From Octopus sinensis (taxonomy: Eukaryota), in assembly GCF_006345805.1 (NCBI RefSeq), contig NC_042997.1, forward strand, positions 168,392,001 to 168,456,000: 64,000 nucleotides of DNA, in the 5' to 3' direction. Numbering within the stretch: the first letter of the stretch is position 1; every line of letters starts with the position of its first letter. The notes beneath the pieces are model-generated. The model did no database searches, was not told the DNA's origin, and worked only from the letters and a program-made list of their open reading frames with translations. Position numbers and translations under genes: made by a program. Positions 51,801-62,940 of this stretch are shown one piece after another.

Positions 51801-54704
51801 TTTTCCTTTGTATTTTACAATCCATAAGTTTAATATTCAACTTATTAAGGAACTAGAGTTGTTCAAGCATATATTTATGCTCATTGAAAACCAATGAGTT
51901 TACATTAAATTTTGACTGAGGTAACTAAGTTAACAAAAGACATTGATTCTTGCAATACTAGAACTTTTAAGCATGTACTTAACAGCATACATGCACACTA
52001 AATTCCCAATCACCATTCCCTTTGCTCTCATTTTGAAAGAAAATGAGTAAATAAATTTTAAAACAATAGATTTGAAACTAATGATATCTAAAATAATTTT
52101 TGTTAGAATCAACATTTTAGGGTATTTCTAACTATTTTACAATTTAAAATTTTTAAAATATTGACTGTAATAAAAAGAAAAAAAAAAGGAAAGAAAGCAA
52201 AAGAAAAAACAAAGCATGAGATGAAAATTAATGAAAGGGAAACATTGAACTCACCAAGGGTAAAATGAGGAGAGGTTTGTTAGGGCTGTCAGTAGAGAGA
52301 TAAAGGTAAACATTAAGGTAGACATCGAGAAGCATATCACCAGATTTAATGAAGACATCTGGCATTTGAAATGATTCCACAAACACTGACAGCACTTGGT
52401 TGGGATAGAGTTTACCAATCTACAATGAAAAAGTAAAATCAGAAGACATTTTGAATTTATTAAATTTTTCATAGTTATTATCACTAATTATCATTATCAA
52501 ATATTATTATTAGGAGCAGAGAAGTGGTATGGATTGGTTGAATCACTAGGGCATTGGACAAAATACCTTGCAGTATTTACTTATTGCTCTTTAAGTTTTG
52601 AGTTCCATGGAGGTCAGTTTTGCATTTCATAAAGTACCAATCAAGTACTGAGTTTGATGTAATTAACTAACCCCCTCTACTCCAAACTGATGTTCTTGTG
52701 CCTAATCTAAAAACAATATTAACAGTAAGGAATCAGTAGAAGTGGCAAACCATCAGACTAACCACCTTAAAGTATTTAGTTCTATTGCTTTATATTTCAA
52801 ATAAATTTTTTTATCTGTTCTGACTTTTCACCATGCCTTCCATGCTTCTGAAATTAATAATATGGATTTCAAATTTTAGCACAAGACCAACAAACTTGGG
52901 GGAGCAGGGACGAATAAGTTGATTACAACAACTCCAGGACTAAACTGGTACTTATTTTATCGACCCTGAAAGGATGAAAGGCAAAGTCAACCTCGGCAGA
53001 ATTTGAACTCCAAATGTAAAGATTAGCATTTTGTCCAACATGCTAATGATTCAGCCAATTTGCCACCTTAACTGAAGTTGATAATATAAATAGCAGAGTT
53101 AATACAGTTGACCTTACTCTCCCAACAAGTTTGGAATTTTGTGCCAATGTATATTTAAATATATGTGTATTTCTAAATGCATGTATTTAGATACATATGC
53201 ACTACATGGGAATTTCTAAATGCAAAATCTAAATACACATTGTGCTAATGTGTATTTACATTTTGTGCCAATCTGTATTTAGATACAAATTTTTATATTC
53301 CAAGTTCAACTTCTCAGATTACTACAAGCATCGGTAACATGAGTTTTACAAATGTTATTTTCACTTCTTCAGAACTTTCAAGCTTTACTTAAAAAAAAAA
53401 AAAATATTACTCTGAGTTCAGTTCATGTAAGACTCAAATTTGTCCATCTCTTTGTGATAGTGATTTGAAATGGGAACATAAAGTGGAATCTGCTTTTCTT
53501 TGACTGTGGAACAGTCTAAACCATGAATCACATGGTTTATCTATTACTGGATTCTTGTTGTTTGAGGGATTACACAAAGAATGTGCAATATTGCATTGAC
53601 ATGTAGAAAAAATTGATATAAACATACAATATTTATAATAATAAAGAAATTATGTAAGGCTTACCGCAGGAATCAGATGACCGATACACATGCCGTTACT
53701 ACATGTTGTGTTAAGGATACTCTTGTTTGGGATCTGAAAGAAAATCAGTATATTCTGTTAGTAATCACTGCCACACACACACACTAGAATTATATATAAA
53801 ACCATATTTAATATAAACCTTGCCAATAGTCAGAGTTTTGACATTAAACCTTAGACAATGTCATAAAGACTTTTACATAAGTGAATGATTAAAAAGTTTC
53901 CTTTGCAACCATGTGGTTCTGGGTTCAATCCCATTGCATAGCACCTAAGACATATGCCTTCTTACTGTAGTCTTGGGTTGGCCAATACATTTTGAGTGGA
54001 ATTTAGTAGATAGGAGCTGTGTAGATGCCTACCCAAGCTGGTGTAGATGTGTAGATGCCTATCCATGGGTTGTGACAATCCAAGTCAGTCCTTATTCACA
54101 TTTAGTAAAGGTTTCTATGGCTTGATGCCCTTCCTTACACCAACCACTTTACAGTGTTGTGGTGGATAAAAGGAAGAAGGAAACTAAGATCATAGATATT
54201 GTCATACATGAGGATAGACACATGGGTAACAAAGAGCTGGAAAAGATTGAAAATCACAAGCTCGAAAAATGTAAAGATCTGATTGAAATTGTAAAGAAAT
54301 ATGGTATCTCAAGACGGTTACAATACCAGTAATTGTAGGAGCACTTGGAATGATCAAAAAAGAACTGAAAATTATTTGAGGATGATCCCTGGCTTACCAT
54401 CCATGCAAGAAGTGCAAAAGATTGTTTTAACAGGTATGTCACATGTACTGAAAAGAGCATTATTGCTGTGAATTTTCTTTCCTTTTTACCCCTTTATTTT
54501 CTTTGTTTTCTGCTGTTTTTTTCCCTATTTAAAAATGTTTTCCCCTTTTTTTTCTTTTTCTCCCCACCCCCATTTTCACATAACTTTGCAAATGAATAAC
54601 CTGGTGTGTTCATTTAAATGGCTTACAAATGTATACAGTGAGTTTCTTGGCCCTAAATGTCAGGAAGGCACTTGGCAAGAAACAGAAACAAAATTGAAAG
54701 AAGA

Positions 54705-54757
<53 letters not shown>

Positions 54758-54999
54758 GGATACTCACATTTTTTGAGGTAATGGTCATGCGAATAATTTT
54801 GTTTTTGTGAGCCACATAGGCAAAGGAGTTAAAAAGATAAGAGGAAATTTGAGCTGCAATCATTGAAGCACCAACACTTGGAGGAATTATCTCCATAGGT
54901 CGTACTGGCAGAGGACATTCTTCATGATTGTCCATCCAAAATACTTCACCCTGCAAAACAAAAATTTCGCATACATATATATATCATCATCATCATCAT

Positions 55000-55040
<41 letters not shown>

Positions 55041-58000
55041 ATGTATATTTGAGTAGAGATGGTGGTGATAATTTTTATTTTAATCTTAATAATAATGTTT
55101 ACAATGAGTTACTCTGATATGAGTTTTGAGCTTCAAGTAGCTGTTTTCAAACTGAAAAATGTATGTTTTACTGGTTGCTTAAAAAGCAAAAGATTCAGTC
55201 TCATGTTCTATCTCATCATTATCATTGTCATTTAACGCCTGCTTTCCATGCTGGCATGGGTTGTAACTAGTAATAGGGAGGAAATACTTTGGTTGCTAAT
55301 GACAGTTACTTTCTATTATTATTGGAAAATGTAAAAACAAAAAAGCAAAAACAATGATAAATATAAATATCTGTCTTTTTATTTGTTTTGTTCTTGTTTT
55401 TCCATCGTTGCATATTTAATTTATTAGATACTCAATAAGTCAATAAAGATATTGTAGGGTAACCGTGTATTTGGGTAGTCAACAAACTAGATTGTAGGTT
55501 TGAACTTTACATAGTTAATTTAGATAACAGATGCTGTTGCTGGAAAGTTTAAAAAGCATGGTTTTCAGAGCAAAAATATTATAACAACTTAGTGATTAGA
55601 TATGTGGGAAATGATAAAATCTATTGTAAGTAATAAATGATGAGTAAGGTCAGAAAGAAAATTATTGGGTTGTCCGGAAAGTTTGTGCTGATTTATAGTA
55701 GCTTACATTTTGACTTATTTTAGGACATGGTTGAGTCCATAAAATAGGATTTGACTACACTTCCATTTAAAGCGCAGTTTAAGCTATCTTTTCGTGGAAG
55801 AAGGTTTATGTTCTTATAACCTGTGTTAATTTTGTAACCCTTTAAAATGGAAGATAAGAAAGTTCATTTTCGGTACTTGATGCTTTGGGAACCAGACAAA
55901 AATTGCTGTAGTCGGCTGTGATGTGTTATCCCACCCTCCATATTCACCAGATATTGCTCCTTCGAATTTCCACTTATTCAGATCTCTGCAGAATAGTCTT
56001 AAGGATAAAAATTTCAATTCCTTGGATAACGTAAAAAGATACCTTGATGAATTCTTTGCCATGAAAGCACCTCAATTCTGGGAAGAGGGTATTTTCAAGT
56101 TAAAGGAAAGATGAAGATGCATTGTGCAACAAAATGATTCATATTTGGTTGATTAAAAATGTAATGGCAAGTATTTATTGACCTTTTTCTTTCCTTTAAA
56201 AATCGGCATGAACTTTCCGGACAACCCAATAGATTAGAACAAAACTGATCTAATTTTTTTTATTGCCATATTGCTAAGGAAGATTGGAATGAAAGAAATA
56301 TTTAAAAAGAGCAGAGTGATGGGATTTACTCCTTTTTGTGTTCAAATCACTTTAAAGGTCTTCATTTTAAAAGATGGTAGAAAATTGTTGAAAGAGCTTT
56401 GGGTCATAATCAGAGTAGAATGTGTGACTACATAAAAGCTTTCTTGCTTTTCTTGATGTGATAATTATCATGATATAGAGAGTGGGTGGGTTATTAGACT
56501 ATTAGCCATATAATATGAAAAAAAAAACCAGCAAAAAACTAACCTTGAGATCAGTTTCTAAAGATGTGTTAATAATAGGAGGTTGTAATAAATCCACATT
56601 CAAGTAGAAACTATTCATGAAATGTATATTTGCTGTAATAAAAAGACACCCAAATCAGTAGAGGACATGAATTTAAACATATGTAGGCATTAGGAACAAA
56701 TACCATGCATGTATACAAATACACATACATACACACATATAAAACACGTCCACATTCACATGCTTGTCTCTCTCTCTATACATATACAAGGGAGTGCTGA
56801 AAAGTTCCTGGTTTGGGGTAAAAGAAAATACAGGAGGATCAGTTGGTTATGATTTTATTCAACATATTCCCCTCTTAGATTCACACATTTATTGCAGCAG
56901 TACTTCAGTTTTTCTAAACCCTGTAAAAGAACTTGGAAGGTTGGGACTCCCAACTAGTCCTTTCACTGCACTTATATCAATCATGTTATAGAATATAACC
57001 ATAGGCCATCTTCAAGTCATTCTTTTGCAAGTGTATATACTTACCATCTTATCTAGGGTATCTACTCCTTTTGTTTTGTTGTAACCTGTCATAACTTTAG
57101 GTTTCTTTTCAGCACTTTTTTAATCAATTGAAGGCTGAGAGTGCATTGTACTTATAAGTGTGACTACACAATCTTTCTTGGGACAATAAGATAGGATCAT
57201 AGAATCCTTTTGAAATCCAAATATTGTGCTGTTGATTTCTCTTCCTTTTCCATCTGTGAAAGCACTTGGAAGTTCAACTGCGTTCTTTCTAATTGTTCCA
57301 ACTAAAGTAGTTTTCTTTCTAAGCAGCTTTCAAGCCAATCCTAGACTTGTGAAAAAATTATCACAAGTTATATTGCAACCAGTATTTTTAAGTTCTTTTA
57401 CTAGGTCTTCAACAACTCTTGAACCTTGATTTGCCTATTTCCCTTTTACTGGGTCTTTTCCAGTGCAAGTTTTCATTTTCCAGGCATAAGATGTTTCACT
57501 GTCGCATATTGCCCAAATTTTAATTCCATATTTCCCTGGTTTTGAAGGAATATATATCCAGAATGGGTAGCACTCTCTGAATGAAACTAATTGTTTATCA
57601 GCTGTCATGCATGAACTTGGAACATATCCATCTTGCAAATTCTGATTCTACATTTCAAATACTTCTCTTGTGGGCTCCAATTCCTCATCACTTCTCTTTT
57701 TTCTTCTTGCACTAGTATCATCAAAATGCAATGTAATGTAAAATCTGTTGAAATCTTTCCCGGCTCATAATTTTGTTGAATATTGGGGGCAGTGGGGATC
57801 TTCTTGACTCCATAACTATGTGACATTTTCATGTTTAGATTTATAAACACCTATAAGAATAATCAGTCCAATAAATTTCTTTAGTTCAGAGCAATCAATT
57901 TCCTTCCATTCATCTTTGTAAACAACCTGACCTTCAACATTTGTCCATTTACGAATTACTTCATGAAGATTCTAGTGCATAAACATAGCAAAACATTTTT

Positions 58001-61000
58001 TCAATGCTACCGCATGGCCTTTTAAGCAAAACAGGATGGTCCCCATTCTTCGTGCACAACATTGCAAGATGAAATTCTTACTGATGCTTGAGTAAGAGGA
58101 TTAGAAAGCCAAACTTCTTATCTGTCTCTAGAAATATATTGCTCATTTACAATAGAACCTAAATTGTCCAGCACATGATCACTTTCACCATCATTTTCAG
58201 AGCAAGAGAAGGAATCACTATTACCTTCCTCTCATTCTTCATCTAATTCCAATAACTTTTACGATATTTGGTTTTCACTCAAGTTTCCATGTCTAGGCAT
58301 ATTGGAAAGCACAGGCATGGCTGTGTGGTAAGTAGCTTGCTTACCAACCACATGGTTCTGGGTCCAGTCCCGCTGTGTGGCACCTTGGGTAAGTGTCTTC
58401 TACTATCGCCTCAGACCGACCAAAGAATTTGTGAGCGGATTTGGTTGATGGAAACTGAAAGAAGCCCATCGTATGTGTGTGTGTTTGTGTGTGTTTGTGT
58501 TTGTCCCCACCACCATCACTTGACAACCGATGCTGGTGCGTTAATGTCCCCATAACTTAGCGGTTCGGTAAAAGAGACCGATAAGATAAGTACTAGGCTT
58601 ACAAAGAATAAGTCGTGGGGTCAATTTGTTCGACTAAAGGCGGTGCTCCAGCATGACCACAATTAAACGACTGAAACAAATAAAAGAATAAAATATGAAA
58701 CTTGATAGCATACTAAAAACAGATATTGCTCTCTCATATTAATACTCTCCTGAAAGATGATGCAATATATTGAAAGAATTGCGTCATCACATAGAAATAT
58801 TGCATCACCCTATAACCTAGCAGATTGAAGGTGATGCAAAACCACACAAATTTACAGGAATATTTTCATAATTTTTCCTATTTCATCTAAAATTCAGCAA
58901 ACAATTGAATACAATTTTATCTATTTTATATCTGATAAATATCTAGAAAAATATTATTTGATACTGCTTTTATTATGTTTAGAATGACAAGAGTATTGTC
59001 TGAATTTAATTTGAGGGTCCAATGGACCCATACGGTAATTAATGTATAAAGTGAAATTTTCTAGCTTTTATAAACATACAGAAAATTTCCCATTTGACAA
59101 ATAAAAGGTTAACCAATTGACTAATAAATAAAGTGCATGTTATTAATATTAGCATAATGACACTTCTTAGACACTACAAAATATAATAAAGTACTTACAT
59201 GGAATTTCATTGATTACTTTTGCAAGTTCTGAATTAATACTGCTGATAGTGCTGCTGCTACATATCTGAAGAATGGAAACAAGGTAACATGTTTGAAAAG
59301 ATGGTTGACACATCTTGCTGAAAGATGTTCTTTTTTATGTCATTTATTTTATTTTATTTTTTATCTTTTACTTGTTTCATTATTACAGAAGATTGATAAC
59401 AAAAATCAGATGCAAACTCTGTTCCAAGGAATCACTGTCTATTTTATGGTCCAATGAGAAGATCATTAATAGAATTTCTGAAAGAATATCAATATGCTTC
59501 CATGCTTATACATACACTTTCACACAATGCACTTCTAAGGAAGTTAGGAGAGATGTAGTTTGGTTTGTTAGGGTAGGGTGTGGAAAAAGATTTATTGTTG
59601 TTACATGTTGTTATATCAAATCTCCTGCAAGTCAACATGAGATCCTTTGATGAGAGTGTTTACTTCTTTTGATTAAGACATCTTTGGCCCAATGAGTAAG
59701 CTAGTAGATAACCCTTCATTTGAATAATTATTATTTCTGAGATTCTGCCCGTATGATGAAAATTGTTGAAAAACAATTTGAAAACAATTATTTGAAAATA
59801 ATTATTTGAAAATAATTATTTGGAAAACAGTTATTCGAAATAAATATCATTTATGTACTTGATTTTTAATTTCTTCATTTTTGTTTAAATAAAATAAAAA
59901 ATTTAGAATAATTAACATTTCATATAATTGTCCTTTTTAATAATTTTCATTCATACAATTTTCCATTCAAATAAGTGTTTTACGAATAATTGTTTTTGAA
60001 CAATTATTTTTGAACAATGTTCACATAATCAATTCTTTTAGTTATGAAACATATGTAGCCTAGATTTTATCTACTCCATTCCGTAACTTTGGATTTCTAT
60101 TCACATACATAGCATCCCCTGTTAGATGTAAGCTAAAAAGCAATTTTTTCATCTTATTGAATGGAAACACTTAAAACCTTCTATGATAGACAACTATTGT
60201 TTCTGAAAGTTGTTTTTTTATACCTTCTTCAGACAACTCAAAACTTATTACCTTCCAACACCTTGTTCCTTGGATGCTACCTTTACTTATTACTATATAT
60301 ATATATATATATAATTAATGAGAGATGGAAGATGGAATATACAAGAATCTTTATTGATCACTACAATTGTTTTGATCCCTTGTGGGTGGGGTACTGTACA
60401 AATGGTTCAGTTACATCATTTGGTTCAGATGTGTCTCCTCAGGTGATTTTCTAGAGGCATCTCAGATAAACCCTGTTTCACACAACTTGTTACTGCATGA
60501 TTACTTTTTAGGCTTCGTTGATAGACTTCATTGATAGGGTGCACTGAATAAATTGTTGTCTAAATTATGTAAAAATAAAAATAACACTGACATCTCATAT
60601 CAACAGATATATTTACCAAAATTACATAAAAATATCTTGAAATACTAAAGAGTAAGCTTATTCTTTAAAATTGCTGTTGGCTTCAACCACAGCCTCCAGA
60701 TAACTTCGGAATCTCCTGCAACTCTTCTGGATGGTTTCCTTGTTTAAGTTGGTGAATGCTGCCATAATCCTTGCCTTCAGTTCATCTTTGGTGTTACAAG
60801 GAGTTTTGGTGGTCTCTCACTCAACTGTGCTCCACACATAATAATCAAGGGGGTTGCAGTCTGGGGAGTTATGTAACCAGATGTTAGGAGTGATATGGTC
60901 GCATGACTGGGTTCTCCTGTTTGTGTGGCATGCTGCAGAGTCCTGTTGCCAGACATAAAGTCTTCCAACAGCCATCCTCTTGATCCAGGGAAGCACTACT

Positions 61001-62885
61001 TCCTTCAGGTACTTGATGTAGGCCCCAGTGTAGAGACTGAGGCCATGTGGGTAGATTAATGGAGGCATAATGTTGCTATAACTAGTGATCACTCCAAACA
61101 ACATGCTGTTGACTGGATGTTTGATTTTTATCACTCTTGGTACGTGTTTTAGGGACACAGCAAGCCAACGGTTGTTCTGTGTGTTCGAAATTTTTCTTGT
61201 CTGAGAAAAACCAAAGCATGTTCAGTTGGAGGGGATGCTTGAGTTTGTTCAAAAGCTTCGTAGCATGGTCTTTCCTCTTGTTCTTGATGGCTTGAGATAA
61301 AAATTTGGCTCTTTCTCATCTTGTATGAAGAATACCAAATGTCTTTATGCACTCCCTGCCTGATAAGAAACTCAGATACTCCCATGTCCCTGGTGATGGA
61401 CCTGATTGACTTGGAGGGATTGTTGTCAATCATGGCCTGGATCTCACCAACAAATTCAGGAGTTCATTTCTTATCAGAATTATCAGAGTTAGTTTTCTGA
61501 GCTGCCGTACCTTCGTAATCACCATTAGACTCATCCAACTCTTTCCGAATCCTCTACACTGTCCTCAGATTGACACCCAAACACTCTGAAATATTCCTAT
61601 TGGAGCTTCTGGCATGAATGCCAAGCAGTGCAGCATGTTGTTTCCAAATTTCTGGCAGTTTGAATTGTGTCATGGTGCTGTTTTTCTCACAGGACAGTGC
61701 CCAACTGACCCTACTATACTGTGTAGTCAACAAAATCAAAAACAAACAATGTGCATGCGTGAAATTAAAAATATAAAAGGGTGACAATTTACCCATCGCA
61801 CCCTGTATATATGAGTGTGTGTGTGTGTGCATTTTCATTAATATTTAGCAGAAGCGACAGAGTAACTCAAGGTTTTGTGTGTTGGCACTTATGAAATTAT
61901 ATATGTATATATCTATAATTTTTGGTGATTCTGAGGCGAGTTGTCTCACCAGGTCTATGACATTCAGGTGTCCTGTAAAACTCAGTGTGTAGGGTGTTTT
62001 CCCAAAATGCTATCCTGCAGCAAATTCGGCATATCACTTCACTGTGTATGTTTGATTGATAAAGTTTACATCACTTGAGCAGCTTTTAATTCATAATTTA
62101 ATTTTCTTTCACATGTGCTATGCCACAGCACACTAGCAAATAGATTTCACTTTGTTTGCACATACCATAAATCCTCGAGTATAGTCCACCCTTGAGTATA
62201 ATACACAGGGGATTTTTAGGGGGCTATACCTCTGAAAAACCTAAACCTTGTGTATAATATGCACCCCTTCTATAACTTGAGTCAAGGAGGTCTATATAAC
62301 GTCCTTCGTTTGTAAAACTGTATACGGTAACGTCCTTTATTATTATTGTATATATAACATAATGCAAATGTGTAGCTTTTTAGTGCATATTGTTTGCAGA
62401 AAATAAAGAAATAACAGTAATAACATTTAATAAATGTTGCTTACTGCAAGTTATGGATGATTCTTTTATGACTTCACTGCTTTCAGGCTTAGCTTAAGGT
62501 ATTTTCGCGCCTGACATCACAAAATGCGTCTGAATAAAAATTGCCGGACAGCAAATAGAGACTCGGTCATTGCTTAGAAGATATTTTTCATTTTTAACCT
62601 CGTATATAGTACACACAAGGGGTTTTGACCATTAAATTTTGGAAAAAAAATGTGGATTATACTCGAGGATCTATGGTAAGTCACAGACCAGAGATTAAAT
62701 TTGTTTTGAGATGGTCCGAGTACATGATATTGATAAGCCACAATAATAGCAAAATATTGATATGTCAATCTCAGTGATTCTGAGCCAAGTTGTCTCACCT
62801 GGTCTGTGACAAATAGGTGTTCATTGGATGCTTTTCCACAGCAAATATAAACAACACACATACGCTGTGTATGTGTGATAATGTT

Positions 62886-62940
<55 letters not shown>

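Noticed and set aside
55923-56114. Functional mariner or domesticated transposase
   Set aside because: Only the C-terminal third remains between the TIRs and the third catalytic D reads N (PSNF).
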